Assembly (NCBI GenBank): GCA_951406725.2 | Contig: OX597820.1 | Span: 41,106,001 to 41,170,000 of the forward strand | DNA: 64,000 nt | Direction of reading: 5' to 3' | From: Octopus vulgaris | Lineage: Eukaryota | Shown here: positions 1 to 12,122 of the stretch, piece by piece | Position numbering within the stretch: position 1 is the first letter of the stretch | How the letters are laid out: the number at the start of each line of letters is the position of its first letter | Position numbers and translations under genes: made by a program | The notes under the pieces: generated by a model | What the model was told of the DNA's origin: nothing | Database searches by the model: none | What the model saw: only the letters and a program-made list of their open reading frames with translations

Positions 1-203
1 CGGAGATACGCTGAGATTCTCAATTCATACCACTTATATAGACAGGAGAGCAACAGACTCAGATAATATACACTATTATCCTGCCATCATTAGCATTACC
101 ACGTCCATCAGCATCAATACCACCTTCATAATTATCACCAATAGCATCACCACTATTATCATTATCACAGCACCCAGCAACACCGTTTGTAACCAGCACC
201 ACC

Positions 204-253
<50 letters not shown>

Positions 254-835
254 CATCATCGTCGATACCATTATCGCGACAGCTATCATCACTGCCATAG
301 CAACCATCATCACCACAAGAATCACTATCAGTACTTTCATCGTCATCTTCATCACCATGGCCATCACCAACACCAACACCAACACCACCATTTATAGCAA
401 CGCCTCAACAATCATTATCACCCTCAACATCAAAATTACCAGAACCAAGAAGCTAGTGACTAACTGACATTTGTTAGTCTCAACCTGTATGTTATACGTA
501 TTTCCGTTATGTTCGGCAGCTCTGAGGGCTCAGCATTATTAATTCTCTCGTACAACCACCAAAAACAAAATTCAATACTTTACACCTGAGCCAGAATGTT
601 TATGTCTTTTGGAAGGACAATAATGGTGCATATAAAGTGAAACGATTTCAACCAAGAATCGAAGCCGAAAAGCGGGCTTCAGCATGAACATCACACACCT
701 CAGTTTTCGCCTTTGTATGAGAAGCTGTGCTGCATACTGTCTTAAAAGAAACGAATATAATATAGGCAAAATACTATGACTTGCTCCGTAGAACTCAAAC
801 CAAAAGATGAAATCGATTCGAGGATAAACAAAATA

Positions 836-1006
836 GGCGCAGGAGTGGCTGTGTGGTAAGTAGCTTGCTAACCAACCAGATGGTTCCGGGTTCAGTTCCA
901 CTGCGTGGCATCTTGGGCAAGTGTCTTCTGCTATAGCCCCGGGCCGACCAATGCCTTGTGAGTGGATTTGGTAGACGGAAACTGAAAGTAGCCTGTCGTA
1001 TATATG

Positions 1007-1039
<33 letters not shown>

Positions 1040-1251
1040 TTGTGTGTCTGTGTTTGTCCCCCTAGCATTGCTTGACAACCGATGTTGGTGTGTTTACGTC
1101 CCCGTCAATTAGCGGTTCGGCAAAAGAGACCGATAGAATAAGTACTGGGCTTACAAAGAATAAGTCCCGGGGTCGATTTTGCTCGACTAAAGGCGGTGCT
1201 CCAGCATGGCCGCAGTCAAATGACTGGAACAAGTAAAAGAATAAAAGAATA
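836..1251 (+). mobile_element. tRNA-derived SINE, family A (CORE-like, octopus OR-type), full length
   Basis: A box TGGCTGTGTGG and B box GGTTCAGTTCC; CORE-like GCATCTTGGGCAAGTGTCTT; internal (TA)n(TG)n; tail GCTCCAGCATGGCCGCAGTCAAATGACTG..AAGTAAAAGA; many homologous copies in the window. Confidence 0.9.
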
Positions 1252-1580
1252 ATACCTTTTCTCTACACTGATAATGGTTAAGTGCTTGGGATCAGCTGCA
1301 TATTTCGTACCTTAATAAAAACAGAATGTTTTGTCTTCTCACTGATTTTTCAACAGCAGTTACAATGGCTCTCACACTCACTGGCGTCTTCTTCTCAGGA
1401 CTGTCATATTTTATATAATCTTCCCCTGATGTCCGCACTAACAATTTCCAAACCAAACATTCCTCCTCAAAACGACAGCCCTAAACTTGAATTTGTTCAT
1501 TAGGAGAAATATTAACAGTAAAGACCGTGGACACAGCCTTTTCTCATACACTCACACACACACACACATATATATATATA

Positions 1581-1795
1581 TGTTTGTGTCTATGTTTGTC
1601 CCGCACCATCGCTTGACAACTGATGTTGGTGTGTTTACGTTCCCGTAACCTAGCGGTTCGGCAAAAGACACCGATAGAATAAGTACTAGACTTACAAAGA
1701 ATAAGTCTTGGGGAGATATTTATTCGACTAAAGGCGGACCTCCAGCATGGCCGCAGTCAAATAACTGAAACAAATAAAAGAAGAAAAAAAGAATA
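1581..1795 (+). mobile_element. SINE family A, 3' half only
   Basis: Aligns by eye to 1040-1250 (GCTTGACAAC..TAGCGGTTCGGCAAAAGA..CCAGCATGGCCGCAGTCAAAT). Confidence 0.85.
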
Positions 1796-2544
1796 TATAT
1801 ACATATATAGATAAATAGATAGATAGATAGATAGATAGATATACATACATGCATGCATTCATACATACATACATACATACATACATACATACATACATAC
1901 ATACATACATACAGTCGTGTGTGAGTGTATATTTAGATGGACATCACGTAAGTGTTATATAATATAAGAGATTCTCTCTTAAATTACACAGCAGTAATAT
2001 TTGTCATATTTTGACGTTATACCGTGTGAAGGCACCCTAAAAAACAGAAGTGATACTTTTAGAAACCTCGAGGGATCTATAAGACCGTTATTTAAGCACG
2101 ATTTTCGAAGCGTTAAGTGGATAAGAGCCAAATCTTTGACCAGTTCACTAATGTATTGCAGATAAAAATTTGTCATTGCTATTCACGACAGTAAGGAGAT
2201 AACAGACACGCGTAAAGTGTTCTGGTCAGAGACAACATAATGACTGCTATTATGTGAACTTAAATGGGCTATAAATGTACTTTTTCTTCCGGTTGATTTT
2301 TTTTTTATAGTTAATCACAGATAGAGAAAGGCTACACCCATGAGCCTTTTCGCATGGCCTTCTTGATTGGTAGGTGAAGCAACGAAGACTTGTGGTTTAA
2401 CTACAGGCTACATACAGTACAGGCCATAAGAATGTTTACAAAATTAAGGACACCGTGAAAGGCATTCGAAGATCAGATGGAGGTGTTAAACATTGGGATG
2501 TACATTATACGTCAAGTCAATTGATTTCTGATGATGGTACTTTG

Positions 2545-2774
2545 TAACTTATCTTTTTTCAGTCATTGGAGTGCGACCATTCTGGAGTACTGACTTGAAA
2601 GGATTTTTGTCGAACAAATCGACCTCAGAACTTGTATATATATTTTTGTAAGCCTAGTACTTATGCTATCAGTGTCTTTTGCTGAACCGCTAAATTATGG
2701 GGACGTAAAGACACCACCACCGGTTTTCAAGCGTTGGTGGAGGACAAACATAGGCACAAAGACGCACATATACA

Positions 2775-2824
<50 letters not shown>

Positions 2825-3076
2825 CCTATCTATCTATCTATTTCTATTTACACCCCCATACACACACATACACACACACATACACACACACATACACACA
2901 CACATACAGACTCACACAGACATATATACACACACACAGACTCTCACACATACACACACACGACGGGCTTCTTTCACTTTCCATCCGAATATATTCACAA
3001 GGATTTTGTTGGCCCGATGCTATAGTAGAAGGCATTTGCCCAACATGCCACGCAGTGAGACTGAACCCGGAGCCAA
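2545..3076 (-). mobile_element. SINE family A, diverged, internal microsatellite expanded
   Basis: Reverse-complement tail (CAGTCATTGGAGTGCGACCAT..GAACCGCTAA) and head (GCCCAACATGCCACGCAGTGAGACTGAACCCGG) separated by (ATCT)n/(AC)n. Confidence 0.8.
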
Positions 3077-4027
3077 ATAATGGAAAAATAAAATCTTCTG
3101 TAAAATGTTCTGAACTCGCAAACTACGAGTCGTCAAAGTAAACGAACGGCCCAGCTTCCTATCATTTGTTCCTACTGAACCACATCGTGGAAATAGGGAC
3201 GGACGGTTGAAAGAAAGGGGTGATTTAGTTATAGTGAGAAATGGCCTTTCGCTTTATGCAAGCAGTGTGTATAAGGTGGCGAGAAACAGAGAGGGGGAGA
3301 TGGAGAAAGAGAGACAGAGAGAGAGGGGATGGGGAAAGAAAAAGTGATAGAGCATATTCCAGCTGTTGTAAGCTTGTTTGCAAAAACGACAAACACGAAA
3401 AAACAATAAAACAGATGCACGTATGAAGGTCCTGCAAAAATATACATGCTAACAATTGTACATTCTTGCATGTTGCATACTATCTATACGTAAAAAAGAA
3501 GGCAAGTGCTTTTGTTGTTTGTATAAAGTGAATCTTCACCGAAGTGACCTACAATATTATAAACACCATTCCAACTATGATCATCCCTGTTTCGCTTAGT
3601 TATGTCTTTTTTTTTTTTGGTCTTTTCTAGCACTATATACATATCCTGGAGAGCATCACATAATGTAGCCTTCTAATTGTTTTAACTGCTCTTTTTAGCA
3701 GGTTAAACGAATGCGTAGAGGCTTCCTAGTTAGCTTATCATAACAGAAGGTATATAGACGTGGGCAGTGCTGAAATTGTTTGCTAGTCGTCTCGGTATGT
3801 TTACGTCCAAGTAGGAAGCAGTTTGTCTGTCAATGCAGTCGGCTGTATTCAAGTGTTTCTCTGTAGATTTGTCAAAGAGATGAATGTGTTTGGTAATTGT
3901 GATATGCGTATGATTAGAGTGGTTGTGCATGAAGGTGTATGTGTGCATGCGCACTGTGTGTAAAAACGAAAAACCACTTCAAAATGAGTATGAGACTCTC
4001 TTTCCCTCCTCTCTCTCTCTCTGTGAC

Positions 4028-4070
<43 letters not shown>

Positions 4071-4370
4071 ATATGTATGTATGTGTGTGTGTGTGTATGT
4101 ATATAGCTGTGTATTAAATCTTAACGCCAACATATGTTCTCTTCATTCTGTCATCATAGCAAGGTTGCTATAGTAACCGACATTGCTACATTTTTCTCCC
4201 CACCCACCACCACCTCATGTTATTCCGCTTTTCTGTCCGTTTGTCTCCGTCACATTCACCAACACTCACCCGTCACAATCTTCCCCCATACCTCTGTTTG
4301 GTTGGCGCCTGTCTGTTTGAATGCTTGTCAACCCTCCCCCCACCTTTTCTCTCTCTCTCTCTTTCCTTAT

Positions 4371-4417
<47 letters not shown>

Positions 4418-4740
4418 GTATCGATTGCCATGAACAGCTTACAACATTATCACTTTTACCTCCTCAGATTGCCATACAGTCACACAAACCGAAGACCGAG
4501 ACCAGTTAATTTATCTCATTTGGTTCTTTTTCTGTTCTTTCAGCTGTTTATATATCTTAATCATAAACAACATTTTCAATATTTTGAAAGTATATAAGTA
4601 TGTACACATTCATATACATACATACATACATACATACATACATACATGCAAACGTATAAATGTATGTATATGTATACACACACGCACACGTATATATATA
4701 GAGAGAGAGAGTAAAAGAGTATATATATATATATATATAT

Positions 4741-4956
4741 ACTCTTTTACTCTTTTAGTTGTTTCAGTCATTTGACTGCGGCCATGCTGGAGCACCGCCT
4801 TTAGTCGAGCAAATCGACCCCGGGACTTATTCTTTGTAAGCCCAGTACTTATTCTATCGGTCTCTTTTGCCGAACCGCTAAGTGACAGGGACGTAAACAC
4901 ACCAGCATCGGTTGTCAAGCAATGCTAGGGGGACAAACACAGACACACAAACATAT

Positions 4957-4999
<43 letters not shown>

Positions 5000-5164
5000 T
5001 ACGACAGGCTTCTTTCAGTTTCCGTCTACCAAATCCACTCACAAGGCTTTGGTCGGCCCGAGGCTATAGCAGAAGACACTTGCCCAAGATGCCACGCAGT
5101 GGGACTGAACCCAGAACCATGTGGTTGGTAGGCAAGCTACTTACCACACAGCCACTCCTGCGCC
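4741..5164 (-). mobile_element. SINE family A, full length, young
   Basis: Near-identical reverse complement of 836-1251, ending GCCACTCCTGCGCC. Confidence 0.9.
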
Positions 5165-5179
5165 TATATAAAAATATAT

Positions 5180-5447
5180 ATAATAACAATTTAATAAATA
5201 AAACATATGCATACATACATACATATATGTACATACCTATATCTATATGTATATATACATGCATATATGGGTACAGGACACCACAAATAAACGTGGAACA
5301 TAACCGGAAATGAAAACATAAAAACAAAACAAGGAGACGGACTTTTTTAACAACGAAAAAACAGAGTACAAGACAAACAACACAAGGAACATTCCCCTTC
5401 TTCAGCTGTCCCTGTTTCGACTCATTGCGTGTTTCGAAGGAAATATT
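5180..5447. mobile_element. Dispersed repeat P1 (possibly a Penelope-like terminal repeat), copy 1
   Basis: Shares GTACAGGACACCA..ACAAGACA..CCCCTTCTTCAG..GTTTCGAAGG with 41432-41725 and, inverted, with 7340-7590. Confidence 0.6.
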
Positions 5448-5520
5448 CATACGTGCATATGCATATGCATACGATACATATAAATACATAGAGATATAGA
5501 TATACATATACATACATGCA

Positions 5521-5670
5521 GACACTTACCCAAGGTGCCACGCACTGGCAGCCTGGGCAAGTGCCTTCTACTTATAGTAGAAGGCGCTTGCCCAGGCTGC
5601 CAGTGCCTCGAGTCAAACAAAGCCTTATAAGTAGATTTGGTAGACGGAAACGGAAAGAAGGTCCTCGTAT
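5521..5670. mobile_element. Rearranged SINE A core containing a 31-bp fold-back
   Basis: SINE core fragments in both orientations; stem 5542-5572/5576-5606. Confidence 0.75.
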
Positions 5671-5933
5671 ATTTATGTGCGTGTATATGTATATATACAT
5701 ACATGAGAATCAGATACTTTCTGTATAGAATACACTTAGCAGAGCTCAAGTGGTTTAAACTTGAGCGGGTAGAGGAGTAAATATATATATGTACGTGTAA
5801 GTCAGACCCTTTTGTATGTAAACATATACATTGTTTTGTATTTAATGTATTTAATATTCTTTGTATATCTACCTCACTTGCTTGTCCTTACATTTACTCC
5901 CATATATAAATACACATACACACACACACACAT

Positions 5934-5977
<44 letters not shown>

Positions 5978-6019
5978 GGGGGGTGTATCAAAATAAGCAA
6001 CAAGGATATGCAGAGGTAA

Positions 6020-6106
6020 TGCAGTACGATCGTTTCATGCAACTCCATTTAATTGAACAATGCAATCATTACATCAATTTAAAATGTAGAGCAATCTTCA
6101 GCTGCA
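6020..6106 (-). ncRNA. Type I hammerhead ribozyme (Penelope-like element fragment 5978-6137)
   Basis: Minus strand: TGCAG-CTGAAGA-[long helix II]-GAAAC-GATC-GTA-CTGCA; 5-bp helix I, palindromic ACGATCGT helix III, all catalytic core nucleotides present; U.U at 10.1/11.1. Confidence 0.7.
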
Positions 6107-6151
6107 CAAAGACAGAATTTAATTAAAATAGAACAGATATATATGTATATA

Positions 6152-6315
6152 TACGACGGGCTTCTTTCAGTTTCTGTCAACCAAATCCACTCGGAAGGCT
6201 TTCGTCGACCCTAACCTACAGAAAAAAAAGACACATGCCCATGGTGCCACGCAGTGGGACTGAATAGGAAACCATGTGGTTGGAAAGCAAGCTTCTAAGC
6301 ACGCAGCCATATCTA
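6152..6315 (-). mobile_element. SINE family A, 5' half
   Basis: ACGACGGGCTTCTTTCAGTTTC..GCCACGCAGTGGGACTGAA..GCAGCCA matches 5001-5160. Confidence 0.8.
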
Positions 6316-6699
6316 TAGCTATATTCAAATATTTTCTTTCTATTTCGTGAAGTTATTTTCTTATAAGTGGGTTGATAAAATTATCTTTTCTATATTTAAA
6401 GTAAAAATATTACTCCCAATTGGCTATGGCTATTATTGGTTTCAAATTTTGGCTCAAGGCCAGCAATTTCAGGGAATGATGCCATAACATGATGAACAGA
6501 CTGATACTGCGACACAATGACATTAAATTGTCGGATCTATTGCATATCACTTACAACGGTATTTCCCTAGATCCAAAACATAAATGTCATGATATCCTAT
6601 TTTTTCTTCTCTTAAAAATCTAGTCACTGATACGTTTATATACATCGGACATGTAACAATACAAGTGCTTTTCTCGGACAATTCTTTTCTTTCTCGACG

Positions 6700-6845
6700 A
6701 ATGTTTTTCTCTCTAACGAGGTGCCATGATCGAAACGTCACATCCACTCTTTTACCATTCTTAAACTTTCTCTGGGCGTCAATCAAAGATAATTACTCCC
6801 ATTTGACTTTTGTTTTTATTCCTGTTTTTGTTTTTATTTTTCATT
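6700..6845 (+). mobile_element. Penelope-like terminal repeat fragment (P2) with degenerate minimal hammerhead
   Basis: CTAACGA-GGT..ATC-GAAACGTC (6713-6739, G5>A); downstream CTTTCTCTGGGCGTCAAT resembles the reverse complement of ATTGACGCTCAGGAAAG at about 43300. Confidence 0.5.
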
Positions 6846-7054
6846 TGCCTATATACATACACATAGCAGATCATTTTGATTAGAGGTAGAGTGCGGATAG
6901 GGTATGGGTTCGAGTCCCGTAGCCTACTGCTGACAACACTGTTACGTCTTATAAGAGTAAAATAACCAATCTTACTGTTGCTTTGACGGCTATACTGCAT
7001 TCGAAATTTAGTAAGCAAAAAAACCAAACGCACACACACACACATACACATAGA

Positions 7055-7102
<48 letters not shown>

Positions 7103-7178
7103 CATATGTATGTATGTATATACCGGAGTAAGCGCATAAATGCGAAACAAGGTGGAAAAAAGAGTACTCAAGTACCAC

Positions 7179-7233
<55 letters not shown>

Positions 7234-7339
7234 TGTACACGCATATATATATAACCGATAGAAAGAATGACTCAAGGACCTTGAGTTTCATCCATTGGTA
7301 CATATCAATACACGAAACTCTTGGTCCTTGAATAACTCT

Positions 7340-7590
7340 GAAAGTTCTGCCCACCTTCGAAACACGTAGTCGAAGCAGGGGCAGCTGAAGAAGGGGGAAT
7401 GTTCCTTGTGTTTTATGTCTTGTACGCTGTTTTTTCGCTGTTTCCATGTTTTTGTGTTTTCGTTTCTCGTTGTGTTCTACGTTTCTTTTTTGGTGTCCTG
7501 TATCCATATATGCATGTATATATACATATAGATGTAGGTATGTACATATATGTATGTATGTATGCATATGTTTTATTTATTAATTTGTTT
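7340..7590. mobile_element. Dispersed repeat P1, copy 2 (inverted relative to copy 1)
   Basis: Reverse complement of 5180-5447 over about 240 bp, including TGGTGTCCTGTA and GCAGCTGAAGAAGGGG. Confidence 0.65.
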
Positions 7591-8073
7591 GTATATATAT
7601 ATACATATATAGTTCTATTTTCCTGTTTGCATCACCAAACCTGTACGTATGCATCTCTATGTATGTATGTATGTATGTATGTATGTATGTATGTATGTGT
7701 GTTTGCATGCATGTATGTATGTATGAATGTGTGTGTACGTGTGTATGTATATATATATATATAGTATATACTCGTATATGTATATGCATATATATATATA
7801 TATACATATTGAGAGAAAGAGTGAGAGAGAAAGGGGGAGAGGACAGTGCTCCATGTGCAGATATAAGAATGGCTACCACCCGTAGGCTCAACTAGTGAAA
7901 ATGTGTAATATACGTATGTCTTTTTCATTTGTGTACAGAGCAGCTGTGACGATTGGAGCAGTTGTAGGGCGGTTGTTGTGAAGCAGAAAAATGTTCAGCA
8001 GTATAATCCAAAGCAACAAGATTAGAATGGTGATATTAAGAGAAAACGCAATGTAGTAGTAGTAGTAGTAGTA

Positions 8074-8153
<80 letters not shown>

Positions 8154-8552
8154 AAGAAGATGAAGAAGAAGTAGAAGAACAACAACAACAATAATCAGTA
8201 GTCGTGGTGGATGTGGTGGTGGTTTTGGTGGTGGTGACAGAGGCGGTATGCCTAAACACTTTGCAGAAGGTGATGATGTCGGGGAAGAATAATCGATTAA
8301 CTTGAAAAACTGTTTTTCTTAATGTTTAGAATATATTATGATTATATGTGTATGCATATGCCCTTAAATCTGTGCGCGTGTGCGTGTGTGTGTGTGTGCG
8401 TGTGTGCGTGTGCGTGTGTGTGTGTGCGTGTGTGCGTGTGTGTGCGTGTGTGTGCGTGCGTGTGTGTGTGTGTATAAAACGAAAGGGCTAATAAAGACAT
8501 CCAAAATTCTGACTGCCTCCTACTTAATAAACAATATCTGTACACCTCTTCA

Positions 8553-8646
<94 letters not shown>

Positions 8647-9149
8647 GTATATATTTGTGTGTATGTGTGTATGTATATATGTATGTATATGCGCATACAT
8701 ACTAGTTAGTATTAGTGAGGAAATATACCTTATCAAGCATTTCTACCGTCCTTCAATGCATTTCAGTTTCCAATAAACAGTATTTGCTTCGTTTCTCATA
8801 TTAATAAGGTGAGATTGGCGGTAATTTCGTTGCTATTTCTAAATGTTCTACTATCCGTGTAAGAGTCTCTTCTGCTGGCCTAGTTTCTTGTTTGTGTTTT
8901 CATAAGACCTCAGATTTGCTCTTATCTACAGTTCATATAATTTGTAATGGTAACAGTAACAATAATAGAATCGGCTGTTCTATGCTGGCGAAATCGAACC
9001 CGAGAACACAGGAAATGAGAACGACAAAAGCAACGATATAAATATCCTTTTTTTTCCCCCCCACCATCTATAAAATATTTGATAACTCGTATTTGTTCAA
9101 GGACTTATATATTCTTGCAGAAGTATAGCTGATTTAATTGAATCTTATA

Positions 9150-9235
9150 TATTCACTAGTATTTATTCTATCGACACCGAAGGGATAAAGGCAAAGTTGA
9201 TCTCACAAGATATTTAACCTCACAATATAAAAATT
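9150..9235 (-). mobile_element. SINE family B fragment
   Basis: TATTCTATCGACACCGAAGGGATAAAGGCAAAGTTGA is the diverged reverse complement of the family B core at 47415-47465. Confidence 0.55.
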
Positions 9236-9399
9236 TATGCCAAATATTTCACTCGACAATTATATCATTCTTGTTTGTATATGATGGCTGCTGTTCTGCT
9301 AAAGGTCAGTCTCATTCATTAATTCTCTCTCCCCACCCTTTTCTCTTTTTAATCTTCTCCTCCTCTCTCCTCTCATTCGCTAATCCCCCCCCCCCCCCC

Positions 9400-9400
<1 letters not shown>

Positions 9401-9495
<95 letters not shown>

Positions 9496-9500
9496 GGATG

Positions 9501-9546
<46 letters not shown>

Positions 9547-9650
9547 CAGACAGATAGACAGACAGACACACAGATAGAGAGATAGATCGATAGTTAGACA
9601 GACAGACAGAAGACAGACAGACAGACAGACAGACATACAGACAGACAGAC

Positions 9651-9743
<93 letters not shown>
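9401..9743. repeat. Compound (AGAT/AGAC)n microsatellite
   Basis: Direct reading; similar tracts at 16536-16730, 19778-20070, 27686-27923, 35507-35605, 40343-40560, 49954-50172, 53315-53430, 58150-58295. Confidence 0.95.
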
Positions 9744-9745
<2 letters not shown>

Positions 9746-10812
9746 AAGGGTAGGCAGATAGATAGATAGAGGGAAAATAAGACAGAAAACGAGACAAAAC
9801 TAAACACAGAGGCAGCCATCTTTGTCTATTGTACTTGTAAGTAGTTTATTTTCTTATCTATCGACCATTTAGCTAGTTTCTTTTATGATAACCGTTTGTT
9901 GTTTTAATTGTTTTACGTCCAACTGTCTCTACCTTAGCAAGATGTGCTAAATCTCCCCCTTCTTCTCTCTCACCTAATTCTCTCCTCCCTCTCTATCTCG
10001 CTCCTCCCCCACTCTCTCCTCCCCTCTCTCTCCTCCCCCTCTCCTCTTCCTCTCTTTCTTTCTTCCTATATATATTTATATGCTTATCTCTCTCTATATG
10101 TGTCTGTATGTGTGAGTGAGTACATACATTCATACGCACGCACACACATACACACGCACACACGCACAAACATATACATACAGGACATTTAAAGGACTAA
10201 AAGGAAGTACGTTAAATCGACTATAACTTAGGGGGTCATTTTTAATGTGACAAACTATTTAATACACTAGATAGAACCCGACATAAAATACTGAAAACAC
10301 CACGAAAGAATATGTATGCAATTTCGCATACGTCTTTTAGCAATGTAGTTGGTGAGCAATTCTCCGTAGCAGTTGTAGTGAAGGATGGTGTTTTAGTAGA
10401 GTCGTTTGGTGTCGCATAAAACACTTTGTAGTTTAGGTTTCAGCTCTCAGCACCCTGCATTTGGTTTAAAATTTAACTGCTGGAATCAACTTTACTTTAT
10501 ATCACCTGAACATTGATAAATAAAGTACCAGTCAGGAACATTTTTCTCTCATGATTGTACTTGTCATTAAAATTTCCAGTTTGTCAAATTGTGTCATGTT
10601 TATTCGGCAGGTTTCGTTGGAGTTACACATTTAAAGAGCAGGTTGTTTATCTAGTTGAACAAATAGATGTTCACTGCCGGGACTGACGAAAAATTCATCC
10701 AGCACTAACTACTGACTCGGTCGTTACAATTTCCATCTTCTTCCTAGTAACAGGACGGACCCTCCTTTCATTTTATCATACACTTTTTTTTCTTTTATTT
10801 TATCATAAAATT

Positions 10813-11019
10813 CCCCGGTTCCTATGGCATATGTGTTCCCCAGCTGGACGGGACGCCAGTCCATCGCAGCGTTACTCATTTTTGCCAGCTGAGTGCATTA
10901 GAGCAACGTGAAATGACGTGTTTTGCTCAAGAACACAACGCGTCGCCCGGTCCAGGAATCGAAACCACAATCTTACGATCATGCTACTGACACCCTAACC
11001 ACTAAGCCACTCGCCTCCA
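10813..11019 (-). mobile_element. tRNA-derived SINE, family C
   Basis: Minus strand A box TGGCTTAGTGG, B box GTTTCGATTCC, core TTGTGTTCTTGAGCAAAACAC..TTTCACGTTGCT..CACTCAGCTGGCAAAAATGAGT shared with 56103-56400. Confidence 0.8.
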
Positions 11020-11825
11020 TCTTTTTAATTTTATCATACCCTCCTTTTATCATGCACTTATTTTATCATACACTTTTATCATCATCATCATCATCATCAT
11101 CACCATCACCATCATCATTATCATCATGAGCAGCAGCAGCAGCAGTAGCAAAAGCAGCAGCTGTAATACCGGCAACATTCATGAAGTGTCTCACATCTAC
11201 CTGTAAACCTACTGTCAACCGCCACCCAAGACCATTCTGTTATCAGGCCGCCATTATACCAATAAATAGAAATATATCTTTTATTATTATTGTTTTTTAA
11301 AAGACGTAGAAGAAAAGAGTAAAAAAATTCATCGAAAAGATGAAAATTTTAAAGAAAAAATTTCGAACAGGGACGACTTCAACAACAACAATAACAACAA
11401 CAACAGCAACGTTGATGTCAGTGGCAGTTAACAGCAGCAAAGAAATAACTAGAAAAACAACAACAACAACAACAACAATAACAGCACCAGCAATGTTTAC
11501 TACGTGAAGAAGTGTGGCAGAAATAAAATGACGGTGAGGTGATTGGGAGAGAAAGTTGGGTTGAAATGGAAGTAAAAAAAAAAAAAAAAAAAAAAAAACT
11601 ATAGAAATCAACAAAAAGAACGAATGAAAAACAACAAAAAATTTCGAGAACACAAAAAAAAGGGGAATGGTTGATTCAAAAAGTAAAACGCAGGAGGGGG
11701 GGGGGGAAATCTAAAAAGAAAAATATTAAATGACTATAAAAATTACAAATATGGAAGATGTTAAGATGAAAAGAGTGAGAAAAAAAAAGAATGAAAATTA
11801 GATAGAAAATAGTGGGAAAGCCTAT

Positions 11826-11936
11826 AATAATTATAAAAATACTTATTAATAATATTATTATTATAATTATCATCATCGACATCAATAATAATAATAACAA
11901 TAATAATGATGATTATAATAATAACGATAGTAATAA

Positions 11937-11993
<57 letters not shown>

Positions 11994-12010
11994 TAATAAT
12001 AAAAATAATG

Positions 12011-12071
<61 letters not shown>

Positions 12072-12088
12072 TAATGATGACAATAATG

Positions 12089-12122
<34 letters not shown>

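Noticed and set aside
836-905. tRNA-like sequences with A/B boxes (also 10950-11019, 56103-56165)
   Set aside because: SINE heads continuing into repeat bodies; no complete cloverleaf
572-1078. Repeated ORFs 'MSSNARGTNTDTQT..AIAEDTCPRCHAV' (also 4912-5313)
   Set aside because: Antisense translations of SINE A copies, not a gene family
6630-6660. 'FIYIGH' resembling the YIG motif of a GIY-YIG nuclease next to a PLE-like fragment
   Set aside because: Too short, with no surrounding ORF or GIY half; likely chance
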